The notes beneath the pieces are model-generated. The model saw only the letters and a list, made by a program, of their open reading frames with translations. It made no database searches and was not told the origin of the DNA. A program made the translations under genes and the position numbers. Below, one piece after another: positions 11,984 through 24,938 of a stretch of 64,000 nt of DNA (positions are counted from its first letter, which is position 1; every line of letters begins with the position of its first letter). This DNA is from Eledone cirrhosa (lineage: Eukaryota). The stretch is taken from the NCBI GenBank assembly GCA_964016885.1, contig OZ024742.1, positions 288,858,001 through 288,922,000 on the forward strand. The letters run 5' to 3'.

Positions 11984-13234
11984 GGTATGTAATGATATAA
12001 TGGAACTTGTGAGTATCTCCACACCTGCCTGTGCAGCCATTACTAGCAGGACACCTGAATAGTTGAGTTTATAACTCTACTGTATCAGAGCAATAGAATT
12101 TTAAGAAGGAAACTCCCACTATAAATAGCTGACCTCCTCCACTAGTTCTTGCTCCTTACATGTAAGGGTTGTGAAAATTCCAGTTGCTAATAGCACAAAT
12201 GACCACATATCCACTCTGTGGCGGGTCTTCAAGAAATCTTGGGAGTATTGCCAAGAGGTGCATGCTTCTGTTAAGGACCTCAAAATGGCATTCGACTGTG
12301 TGTGTACCACTGGACTTTTGGAAGGTTCTGCAGGAGTGTGGGATGGGTGGATAGCTTCTTGTTGCCTTGAAGTTCTTGTTCGAATGTCCTGTTTGGATAA
12401 ATGTTGCTAAGTTGAAACCTTTCAATGTAGATGTCAGACCCTACTATGGGTGTGTAAGGTCAGCCTTGTCTTTCCTCCTTATGGGGTTGATCAATAAAGT
12501 CCAGGGGCAGAGGATTGGTGAAATTGTAAGAGACAGGATGCTGTGTGATCTGGCTCTGTGCACTCTGAGTTCAAATCCTACCTCCTGCCAGGAGTTGTGA
12601 CTAACTGATAGTATCAGCAATGGAAAAGACCACTGGAAACATTATTTCCTTGGTCTGTTCTGATGTTTGGCTCCTTTCTTTTCCAGTAGTTGCAATGGCT
12701 GATAGTACCAACAATGGAAAAGACCAATGGAAACATTGTTTCCTTGGTATAATCTGACAATCAGTTCTTTTCCTTTCTTCTGTAATGGAAATATAACTTC
12801 CTTGGTCTGATCTAATGTTTGGCTCCTTTCTTTTCCAGAAGTTGTGACAGAATAGTGAAAGGAATGAAAGACCAACGGAAACATTGTTTTCAAGGTCTGA
12901 TTTGATGATTGGCTTCTTTCCTTTTCTTTTTTAACTTTAATAGTATTTTAGCTAAAGTCTAAAGGAGATTTTATACAGTCACTCTGCTTGCTAGAAATAT
13001 CAACCAAATTATACTCTAGTTTCTTAAATCAGGATAGGATACATATATAATGTAGTCTTAGGTGCAGCAGCAAGAATTTTAAGGCTTTTTTTTACCTTAC
13101 TAAAGCAGAAGTTAACCTTATGGGCTCCATGAAAGCTTCATGTTCATCATTGAGGGCCTTTTTGGAGCAATGTTTTATGACTGGATACTTTTCCTGGTGC
13201 CAGCTCTTTTAGTCCCCTCTAAAGGCATGCAGGA

Positions 13235-13390
13235 ATACACTGTATCTATTCTAAACCAGATTCACAGAGATATAGTTCACCAATTCTAAACCAGATTCAC
13301 AGGTATACACTGTACCTATTCTAAATTAGATACACACAGGGATATAGTGTACCTATTCTGAACCAGATTCACAAAGATATAGTGTACCGT
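13235..13390 (-). repeat. Inverted array of the same 37-bp minisatellite
   Basis: GTACCTATTCTAAATTAGATACACACAGGGATA is the reverse complement of the 7690-8003 unit. Confidence 0.8.
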
Positions 13391-13572
13391 TTATAAGTAG
13401 TCCTAGATATCACTAAAAACACAGTGGGAGCAGTCAAAGCTGACAGGAATGCCTTTGATCATAGCAGGTCTGTATGATCTGGGTTGACCTGGGGCTAAAC
13501 AATAACAATAACAAGAACAACAACAACATCTAACTTATTTTTCTCTCTTGTTTTTTTTTTCTTCTCTTCCAG

Positions 13573-13894
13573 TAACGTTGATGATGACTGCCAATTCTCC
13601 TTCACACCAACACCAAATTACACCCTGGACAGTTGCTTGAATTATAATGTCAAAGGTTTCATCCTTCCTCAGACTATTCAGAAGATTCTGTTAGAGTTAA
13701 GGACAATTGTGACGAAATACAATCTCAAGTGGTCAGCAATGACCATACATGGATTTACCGATGCCCCAGTAACGTGGGAAATGCGAGAACATGGCTTCCA
13801 GTATAATGGAGATAATCTTTACACATATGTCATCTTCCCTGATGATGTCTACTGGCTTTACACTGCTGTCGGATCCCTTGATACATGGATTTGA
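13573..13894 (+). CDS. RPP40: RPP40 exon 7 (terminal)
   Basis: Long pyrimidine tract + CCAG acceptor; GFILP...WSAMTIHGFTDAPVTWEMREHGFQYNGDNLYTYVIF...YWLYTAVGSLD-stop matches the RPP40 C-terminus; the seven exons sum to 1089 nt = 362 aa + stop. Confidence 0.95.
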
Positions 13895-13908
13895 TCTTTA
13901 CACACACA

Positions 13909-13914
13909 AATAAA
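13909..13914 (+). terminator. Candidate polyadenylation signal of RPP40
   Basis: AATAAA 15 nt after the TGA stop. Confidence 0.45.
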
Positions 13915-14066
13915 TAACATGGCTGCTGTGTGGTTAAGGAGTTTGATTTCGCAAGCATGTGGTTTCAGGTTGAATCTTATTGTCTGGCACCTTGGGCAAG
14001 CGTCTTTTATAGCCCCAGGTTACCCAATGTCTTATAAGTGAAGTTTGGTAGACAGAAACTGCATGT

Positions 14067-14150
<84 letters not shown>

Positions 14151-15533
14151 CTGTGTGTGTTAACATTTGTGCCCCATAACTTAGCAGTTCAACAAAAAAG
14201 AGACATTGGTAAAACAAGTACTGGACTTGAATATATAAGTAATGTGGTCAATATCATCAACTAAATCTCTTCAATGTGGTGCCCCAGCATGGCCACAGTC
14301 TAATGACTGAAACCAGTAAAAGAATTGTTATATTATATTGTATAATTTATTGTGTTGGCTGTGAAGGTACATGGCTTAGTGGTTAGGGTGTTTAGTTCAT
14401 GATTGTAAGGTTGTGAGTATGATTCTTGACTGCATGGTATCCTTGAACAAAGCACTTTATTTCATGTTGCTCAACTTCATTCAGCTGATAAACATGAGTT
14501 TTACATGTAATTCAAAGTATTAGCCTTGTCACACATTGTTATGCTGAATCTCCTTGAGAACTACGTTAAATGTACACATATCTATGGAATACTCAGCCAC
14601 TTGCACTATAAAACAAGATGAAGCTGTATTTGTAATTCAAAGGTGCCAGCTTTGTCACATACTGTGTCATGCTGAATCTCCCTGACAACATTTAAGGGTA
14701 CACTTGTATGTTAATACCATGTGTTTCCAGATTGTTCCATTGATCAAACATTTGGAACATCAATCCAACAACACTTAAATGCCATAAACTTTACTGCTGC
14801 TCTTTCTTTCTGTTATAATTCTTGGTTTCAACAAATGATACTGGTTTATTGGTGCAGTTGTTTCAGCAATGGACGAGGTACCTTGTTATATTTGTCATGG
14901 CTCTTTGTGTTTTGAGTTCAAATCCCACCGAAGTCATCTTTTTCCTTCAACCAGTCTAGAGTGATGGATTGGTGGAACTGTTAGAACACTGGATCTTATG
15001 CCTTGCTGCATTTGTTCCAAATCTTTGTTTTCTGAGTTCAAATACCATTGTGGTCTATGTGGGTGGTAAGTTTATTCTGGCACCCAGTTTAACACTACCA
15101 TCAAGCCCTTAGGTGCTTTTAGTAGTGATTTTAGTGGTAAACTTAATCCATCACCACCTTGTCCTTGGGTGTCTGTAGCAGTGTTGACTCAATTGCAAAG
15201 ACTTGGTCTTTGGCTTGATCATACCTTCCTTCCTTTCTCCCTCCAGTCTTGGAGGCCCTGGAGCACTGCTTTTTTCTCTGGGGGTGAAAATACCTGAGGG
15301 GAATGCTTTGCATGAAGTGTATACATAAACATAGAATCTTGCTGAAGGGAAAAGTGGACGTAAAATGATGATGATGATATATATATATATGTGTACACAT
15401 ATGTATATATATATATATATGTTTTAGAGATTCTTTATTAAAGTCAAGTCTAAGAATCTCCTGTGAATTCGCAGGTTCATCATCTAAGTACGTACTCAGG
15501 AGAAACTCCAGAGTATCAAAACTCAAACTTGGC

Positions 15534-15590
<57 letters not shown>

Positions 15591-15600
<10 letters not shown>

Positions 15601-16965
15601 AAGAATCAAAGAACTGTTCAAAACATTTTTGTGCTTACAACTGTTTCCTCCAAACCGAGGTTTGGATTCTTCGGAGCAATTTATTAATGAATGAACAGTT
15701 ATGTGACCTCCTTTTCACCCAAGAGACATACAGATACATCATCATCATCATCATCATCATCATATGCAAATATTGTGGGTCAACATTCATTACAGCATTT
15801 AGAGTGGCAGTACACACTTAGAGATTACATTCATATTAAAAGGTACAATCAAAATACAGGTTAAAATACAACATGAAAATAAGCGGTTATGTAGTGCAAA
15901 TGTTATATGTGTGGCAAGCACGTGCGTCTTGTTTATATAGTGTGGCAGAGAGTTACGTGTAGTAGAAGCACTTAGGTAGGTAAACAAGAGTGTTAGGTTG
16001 GTTGATCTGGTGGCAAATTCTCTATATGATTGTTATAGTCTGTGTGTGGAGAAATGATATAAGCATTAAAAATAGTGCAAGCATTAAAAATATTAAAAGT
16101 ATTGGAAATGCACAGCGAAGGGATGTTATGGACTTCATGTACTTCGACATTTTCATAGTCAGGGGAGTGTATTTTTCAGATTATATGCCCCTCACATACT
16201 CCACGACAATTCGATCTTGAGCGTTTGACAATCCAGTTAGAGAATCGTAGTCTGATGTTCTTTAGTTCAATACAGGAGGCTGTTACGTTTCGAGAATCGA
16301 CATTGTCGTGGAGTATGTGAGGGGCATATAATCTGAAAAATACACTCCCCTGACTATGAAAATGTCGAAGTACATGAAGTCCATAACATCCCTTCGCTGT
16401 ACATTTCCAATACTTTTAATATTTTTAATGCTTATATCATTTCTCCACACATGGACTATAACAATCATATAGAGAATTTGCTACCAGATCAACCAACCTA
16501 ACACTCTTGTTTACCTACCTAAGTGCTTCTACTACACGTAACTCTCTGCCACACTATATAAACAAGACGCACGTGCTTGCCACACATATAACATTTGCAC
16601 TACATAACCGCTTATTTTCATGTTGTATTTTAACCTGTATTTTGATTGTACCTTTTAATATGAATGTAATCTCTAAGTGTGTACTGCCACTCTAAATGCT
16701 GTAATGAATGTTGACCCACAATATTTGCATATGTATCTGTATGTCTCTTGGGTGAAAAGGAGGTCACATAACTGTTCATTCATTAATAAATTGCTCCTCG
16801 GTTTGGAGGAAACAGTTGTAAGCACAAAAATGTTTTGAACAGTTCTTTGATTCTTATATTTCATATAACTGCTCTGTAAATCATCTGATGTTTTTACATT
16901 GAGCTACTTAACTTACTGGTAATAAGGTAGTAATATATTACTGCCTACCACTATTTAGGGTTTGT
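15591..16965. mobile_element. Large fold-back element (~620/565-bp inverted arms + tail), Penelope-like terminus
   Basis: 15591-16210 is the reverse complement of 16302-16865; ~90-bp spacer; hammerhead-like motif in the arm; 100-nt tail containing CTACCAC; flanked by (TA)n. Confidence 0.75.
15632..15678 (-). ncRNA. Hammerhead-like motif, U4C core variant
   Basis: Minus strand: TGCT-CCGAAGA-ATCCAAA CCTCGG TTTGGAG-GAAAC-AGTT-GTA-AGCA. Confidence 0.55.
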
Positions 16966-17136
16966 ATATAAAAAAATATATATAACTGCAAAAGGTTTTT
17001 GTATTTACATAACCATAAATAGTATATATATATATATATATATATATTTAACAAATTTAATATAGAAATGTATTGAGTACCTTACTTACTGTGGTTACCC
17101 CGATTGAACCCGGGAGTCATGTTTATATATATATAT

Positions 17137-19330
17137 GTCGGGGAGAAGTGTGTACTTAATGATGATGGCGTACTTGCCATCACTGACGCTGATAAGAAGG
17201 TAGCTTGGAAGTGTCACTACGAAAGGCTACTAAATGAGGAGAATAAATGGGAGAAAGACAGTCTCCCCCACATCGACCCAATAGAGGGACCAGCAGTGTT
17301 AGTCGAAGGTAGTATAATAAGTAAGGCAATCAAAGATATGAAGACGGGTAAAGCGGCTGGGCCTTCGGAAATAGTTGCTGAGATGCTGAAAGCCTCTGGA
17401 ACGGTGGGACACACCATGGTCACTCGGATAGTAAACCAAGTCATACAGAATGGGGTTGTTCCGAAGGACTGGCGTAGCAGCATCATCATTAACTGCTACA
17501 AGGGTAAAGGAGATGCCCTAGATAGGAGTAACTATAGAGGCATTAAATTAATTGACCAGGTCATGAAGGTCACGGAAAAAGTAATAGAGCAACTAATCAG
17601 AGAGAGAATTGATCTAGATGAAATGCAGTTCAGGTTGTGTCAGGCAAAAGTACCACAGACGCTCTTTTCATTGTACGACAACTACAGGAGAAGTACCTAG
17701 CTAAAAGTAAACCCCTATACTTAGCTTTCGTCGACTTGGAGAAAGCCTTCGACAGAGTCCCCTGTTCCATTATCTGGTGGGCTCTTAGAAAACTAGGTGT
17801 TGATGAATGGCTTGTGAGAGCTATACAAGCCATGTATAAAGAAACAGTGAGCAAGGTTAGAATTAACAACGAATATAGTGAAGAGTTTAGCGTAAAAGTT
17901 GGTGTTCATCAGGGCTCTGTTCTTAGCCCCCTACTATTTATTATTGCCCTTCAGGCTATAACAGTGGAGTTCAAGACCGGCTGCCCATGGGAACTCCTAT
18001 ACGCAGATGATCTAACGCTCATAGCTGAATCAATGGCTGAGCTAGAGAAGAAATTCCAAACATGGAAGCACGGCCGAGAATCAAAAGGCCTTAAAATTAA
18101 CCTGGCTAAGACTAAAGTTCTAGCTTGTAGGAAAGAAAATACGGCGCCGGTCCCTTCCGGGAAATGGCCATGCTCAGTGTGTAGGAAAGGCATAGGTAGA
18201 AACTCCATTTTATGTCCCAAATGCAAAGTATGGGTGCATAAAAGATGTAGTGGGATCAAAGGTAAGCTAACTAAGAACATAGATTTTACATGTGGCCGGT
18301 GTTCTGGGGCAATAAGTAGCAGCAAGTGCCCACAAAATACTAGCTCTTTCAATTGCGCAGAGGGTTCTATAGAAATAGTGGACAGCTTCCGTTAACTGGG
18401 TGACAAAATTAGCAGTGGGGGAGGGTGCTCTGAAAGTATAGTAGCTAGAGTCAGAACTGGATGGAAAAAGTTCGGAGAGTTATACCACTATTAGCTGCTA
18501 AAGGGTTCTCCCTAAAAATGAAAGGCAGGCTGTATGATGCCTGCATACGAACAGCAATGTTGCATGGCAGTTAGACCTGGGCATTGTGTGCAGAGGATAT
18601 ACGCAGACTAGAGAGGAACGAAGCTTGCATGCTCTGCTGGATGTGTAATAGTAATATACGCGAACGGCAAAGCATAAGCGAACTAAGGGAAAAATTAGAA
18701 ATAAGAGGGATCAGATGTTGTTTACTCGAGAGAAGACTACGTTGGTATGGTCACGTGATGCGCATGAAAGACGACAGCTGTATAAAAAAGTGCAGGGCAA
18801 TAAAGATAGACGGTAGCCACGGAGTAGGCAGACCCAGAAAAACCCGGGACGACCTGATAAACTCCGACCTCACACACTTACACCTCTCCAAGACGATGTC
18901 ACTGGACCGAGATCTTTAGCGGCACTCAGTAATAGAGAAGACCCGCCTTACCTAAATACAAAGTAAAACCTACTACAGTCAGTAGGCATCTCTAACAAAA
19001 TACACCACCCCCACTCCATCCACACCGCTCCTTTCAATGTAAAGTTATGTTGGTGCCACAACATCCAGGCCGAAACAAATGAGATCGTGTAGGTGTCACG
19101 ACAAAAAAACACAGTCCACGCTGTAATGTGGCCGTGTAGGTAACCCGGTAAAAACCTCCCAGTCCCACACTGTAAATGTGGTTGGTGTTAGGAAGGGCAT
19201 CCAGCTGTAGAAAACCCGCCAGACAGTCCTATGCGAGCAAGACAACCACTCTTGCCTCAAGTGGGAAAACTCCCGTCCAAACCCATGCAAGCGTGGAACA
19301 TGGACGTTAAACGATGATGATGATGATGAT
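17137..19330 (+). mobile_element. RTE-clade LINE, 5'-truncated and frameshifted
   Basis: KGKGD..SNYRGIKL, AFVDLEKAFDRV, GVHQGSVLSPLLF, LLYADD, RRLRWYGHVMR, GRPRKT; 3' UTR ends in (GAT)n; (TA)n at both ends. Confidence 0.95.
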
Positions 19331-19656
19331 ATATATATATATATTTATATATCAATCATTATCATCATCGTCATTTTATGCCTGCTTTCCATGTTGGCAT
19401 GGGTTGGATGGGTTGTAATGTATTGTGACCAGACAGGTTGGAGGGACCACCTCTATCTCATACATTCCATATTTGGTATGGTTTCTACAGCTGGATGGCT
19501 TTCATAACATTATCTAATGTACTACTGGGAACATTTTACCATGGGACCAGCACTAACACTTTACACAGTGTACTGGGTGAATTTTATTGTGGCACCAGTA
19601 CTACCACTTTAAAGAGATTCCTATATGTATATCTATTTATCTATCTCTCTCTATCT

Positions 19657-22600
19657 AGACGCGTGGAACATCGCTGGTAAGCTTTTTTGTAAATTTCTAT
19701 ACAAAAAACTGGACTAATTGTTTGAAAAAACATATCATTTTGTAGATTAACCCCCAAGCTGAATTGTCAGCTGGGTGGTAATCCCATTTTTTGCCCCTAA
19801 AGTGGCGAAAATTTAATTTAAAAATTGTTAAAAAAAAATCAAATTTTGCCGACTATAAAAAATGAGTGACTCGGAAAGAACGCCGAAGAATGTTAACAGA
19901 CAGAAGAAAGGTAGAAAGACAGATATTAACGTTATATCTGCTTCTGCCACTATGGACGTTGTCATGGATATGACTGTCAACAAAGAAAAAATATTACCTC
20001 TTGAACATTTTAAAATTTCTACCGTCGAAGCGGAGAAAAATAACACAACATACACAGAAAACACAAATTAAACCTATTCATATACATACACATGAAAAAG
20101 CCAACAACAACAACTCCATGGATACATGTATAGATAAAGTTTCACCTCGTCAAGAAATTGCGATTTCTAACACCGAAGCTGACAATGACAACAACAGCAA
20201 CACCACAAAAATATTGTCTTTCGCTGAAACGGTGAACAAGAAACAAGATTTTACAAATCTTGACATCTCTAATGCAAGGGATATGCTCCAGCAAGGGAGA
20301 AAATTTGTAACTTTCGAAGACAAGGGTGGGTTTAGAATCAACTCACCCCTCGAAATAAAAGAAGAGACGGTTCGAAGGACAGTGTGACCCTCAGGACTGT
20401 CTCAAACACAACAAGGAAGCCAGTATTTGTGAGTCAAGGAGACATAGAAGCCACCTTGAAGGAGACTAGAAAATATTGACTTTCTTCAACGAGGAAGTCA
20501 GTACGGAAGTATTTCCGTACTGTTTAAAAGCGAGGCACTCGCCCAAAAACATTCTGTGACACCAATGGTGTCAAAAGCATTCACCTTTTTCCCTACGTAC
20601 ATGGGAAAAAGGACAAAAAATAAAAATAAAAAATATACCACCAAACATTAACATCTGGTGGATCTTGGCTGGCTCCGTGGAGCCAGAGACTGATGCTATT
20701 CTTTCGGTACGGAAGTCTATTAGACAACGGTGGGCGGGTACTGATTTGGAGAGAATCTCCAAAATACCCGAAAAAGTTGTCATCGATGACAACAAGATAA
20801 ACCTTTCGGTGGAGGGGCGTAAACCTCATTGCTTTCGCTGTGGTAGCACAGCACATCTAAAAGCCTCCTGTCCTACACAAATACACAACAACAACATCAT
20901 TAAAAAAAAAAACACTATTACCAACACCAACACAACCACCACCACAAGTACAACAACAGAGGAAACGAGAAAACACACCAAAACAAACAGACACTCAACC
21001 AACAACAACAGAAAAAACACAGACAACACCTCTGAAGAACACAACCACACTCCATCAAACATTACCACAAACGCACACCAAAACACCATCACCACACAAC
21101 ATTCTCCTACCCCACACTCCTGACGATCATTCATTGACGGATGAGGCTGCTGCTTTAAGTGAAGAAGAAGAAAAGCCTCGGAAATCGAAAAAAGAAAAAA
21201 AGAGACCGCAAAACTCCCAATCACCAGCACCAACACACAACCAAACCTCCCCCTACCAACAAAACAAACACCAACACCACCCCAAACACAAAAAAGAAAC
21301 CTCACAGATGAACAACAAACTAAAACAACACAACCAAAACAAAAACAACAATATACATACATCAACACCAACAATAAAAATTTAACGGAGATCATCTCCC
21401 AGGACCCCAAAGTGGAAACTGCGGGGAAAACATTTGTAAAATCTGACATTGCACCACACTTCAAACTAATAAGGGTTCCGGTAGAAACCTACCAAAAACT
21501 AAAAAAACAATTTTCACAGAATGTTGGCAACCCATGCCAAAAACCAATAAACCGTGTCCTGTTGAAATGTTTCCCCACCCCACTCAACACCCCCACCAAA
21601 ACTGAAATGGAGATCGAGCAACCTGATCTCCAGGAAACGGAAAGGTAAGTGCATCCTTTCGTCCTTGTTTTGCCAACTCTTCTACACCAACATGGCTGAA
21701 TGTGCATGGCCTAGGGATGCCCTGGAAACGGCAAACTCTTAAACAACCTTAGGTTACACGATATAGATGTGATAGCCATCACCGAGTCCAGGATCCACAA
21801 CAGGCAGCAGCTGACCCCCATCTTCGACGACTGAGATCTACGCATCTCTCTGTCAGCCAGGAGGTGGAGGGGAGTAGCTGTAAAGCGGCGTCGGCTTATG
21901 CCGACGACGTTACGGTAATGGTGTCGAGCACCTCGGAAATTGGGGTGATTGGCAACTTACTGAAAGAATACAAAATGCTGACGGGAGCAAAACTAAACCC
22001 GGACAAGTCTGTCGGTTTGCAACTCGGTACGTGGAGAGGCAAACCAATGATGTCCGACAGTGTCGTTGGATGCTGGACAGATGGACCGGTGAAATTGCTC
22101 GTGGTCTGGTTTGGTTCAAACCTCCAGGTAGAGAAAAACTGGAACGAGGTCACGGCCAAGGTGTTTGCGCTTACCCAGAAGTGGGCAGAGTGCAAAATGT
22201 TCTTGAAAGGTCGAGCGGAGGTGGCGAACACTTTCATAGCGTCCATCATCTACTACCGCTTGACTGTCGTACCTTGTCCCCGTGAACACCTCGCCAAGAT
22301 GGAACGCATGCTCTTCCAGTTTCTGTGGAAGAAGCAGGCTCCACTGGTGAGGAGATCCGTCTGCTGTCAGCACCCTTCCTATGGAGGGCTGGGAATGCCG
22401 TGGCTGATGATGCGCTGAGGCTGCAGCATCTCCAAGTATTCCTCACTGATCCCCAACCGGTGTGGGCACCGTTTGTGAGACAGGCTATCCCGCAGCTCGT
22501 CCCGCTGACGGAGCTGCTGTCCTGGGTCAAGAAAAGACCGAAAACGATGGGCATCTGGCAGTCCTCTGGCAAGCGGACACAGCAATCAGTGGAGACTCCA

Positions 22601-23436
22601 CTTCGACATTCTATAGAGGGATTGTACGTTACAAGGGCGACGACGTGCTCGGAGAGACTCTGGACGTCGAAGACGATGAGCTCGCCAGTCTGTTTGGTAG
22701 GACTTTCCGTCCGAGACCTATGGACAACTTCCAGGGATCCCTGGCCTGGCAGTGCTACCGAGGAGCTCTACCGGTTCGTGACAAGATCTACAGGCACGGA
22801 CGCCCTGGCAGGGATCCTTCCAAGAGGATGTGTCCAAGATGCGCGCAGGACATTGAAACCGTCCTGCACGCAATTGTACACTGCCTGGGCGTAACCGACC
22901 TGTGGAACTATGTGGAATAACTGCTGTTGCGTATGGGACAAATCCAGTTGACTGCCAAGTCCATAGTAAGGATCAAACCACCAGCCTCTTTCAAAAATGA
23001 AAGAGAGGCGGTTTTCCTCTGTATAGTGGCTATGGTGGACGAGATTGAGAGGACTGAGGACAGATGCCTTTCTCTCCGGACAACTCATTCCCTTCTTTAG
23101 ATACCACTTTAGAAGGAGAATCAGAATGGAGAGAGAGGCACTGCACCCCAGTAAATTTACTGAAAGGTGGGTGAATGTGGCAAAAATGGCCCAAGTGATT
23201 GGGCCTTCTCTGTATATAAACCTGTAGGTCGAAGAAAGGAGCACTTGCATAACACGCTCCTGAAGTTGAGGGTTCTATCGACGGGGTATTAAACAAGCCA
23301 TTTGTGGCACCTCCCCCTATTGGGGATTCCGATTGTTATAATTGTTTTATATTTTTTTACACGATTGTATGTAAAATCCCTGGCATGTCTTTGTTTTGTC
23401 CCTTTTTCTTGTGCGCCCTTGTGGCTAATAAAGAAA
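19657..23436 (+). mobile_element. L1/Tx1-clade LINE with ORF1 and internally deleted ORF2
   Basis: ORF1 remnants with CCHC knuckle CFRCGSTAHLKASC (20830); APE start LNVHGL..DVIAITESR (~21696); SAYADDVTV, FLWK..GGLGMP, CPRC..ETVLHAIVHC; AATAAA at 23427 then (TA)n. Confidence 0.9.
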
Positions 23437-23440
23437 TATA

Positions 23441-23479
<39 letters not shown>

Positions 23480-24835
23480 CCTTGCTAATGGGGAAAATGG
23501 ACGTTAAATTATGATGATGATGTGATGATGAGGATGATATCTATCTATCTATATATATATTGTTATTTTGTGTTAATTAATCAATAATGAATTTCACAGT
23601 CACAAAACCTGATCAGTAAATACTAGTGTAATCAGTATTAAGCACTCAATGCCAGAGTATCTTTCCTTATATGATATGGAATCACACAGGTTCATGTACG
23701 ATGGAGTATTGCTATAATAATGAAGTAGAAGGCAATAAGGTTATACTTCACCACATTATATCCCGCCGAGGTTAACTTTGCCTTTCATCCTTACGGGGTT
23801 GATAAAATAAAGCACCAGTAATACACTGAGATAATTGCTGGCCTTGTGCCAAAAGTAGAAACAATTATATTTACTATATAATAGCTGTTATACGTAATTC
23901 CATGGTATCAGTTGCGTAATTGTAAACTGTCAAGAGTCAGACAGCCTTTACCTGTATAAAGTTTGTTGATATATTGACCAATTGGTTTTCAATGTTGATT
24001 CTCCGCTGCTTGGTTTCTCTCTCTCTCATATATAAATATATAAATATATAAAATAAATTCACGAAATCACATTACCAAATGTGCTTTTTTCATCTCTGGT
24101 ACTGCAACATCATGCGACACACCATCTTACTCAATGCTAACTGGAATGAATCCAGTAACGGAGTACTTCACTTATAGAATCAGTGGTGTAACGGCAATAT
24201 TGAACAAATGAGAAACTGGGTGCTTTTTCATTGTGGTACCAGCTTGACCACCTAACAAGGATGACTACTTGTATTGACTAAATCTCTGAAAATACCATTT
24301 TATCTGCTGAAATGTCTCCATAAAATATTTCTAGTTAATATCAAGGATGTAGGTTAGCTGGTCTCTTTCTCTCTCTCTCTCTCACACACATATATATATG
24401 AAAAAAAAAAGGGGGGGGGGATGACTTATTGATGGTTGATATTCTTTTCAAATCTTTACAAAGATTTGAATTATTAAAGAATATCAACCACCAGTGAAGT
24501 CATACTTTGCCTGTTTTCAAATATATATATATATATATATATATATACATGTCTTTCTGCATGTATGTATATTAATGAAAATTATTGTATACAGTGCTCA
24601 GGTGCACTACAACTCATCAAAGGTGCATGTATAGTACATGTGTAATATGTGTGCTTGTGTTTTCTTTATTTTGAGTTTATTTTTGACTGGCTGCCTTCTT
24701 GGTGGCAGGGTTGTAAAAAAAAAAAGGGAAATTTCCATTGTCTTTTGCTTAGTTGTTCATCTTTTAAATTTGAAGAACTTTTTTTAGTTTTTGAAGGTTC
24801 CAGATATCATGACCATAGTATGTATATGTGTATGC

Positions 24836-24938
<103 letters not shown>

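Noticed and set aside
15799-16695. Identical 62-aa ORFs on opposite strands
   Set aside because: By-product of the inverted repeat; no coding evidence.
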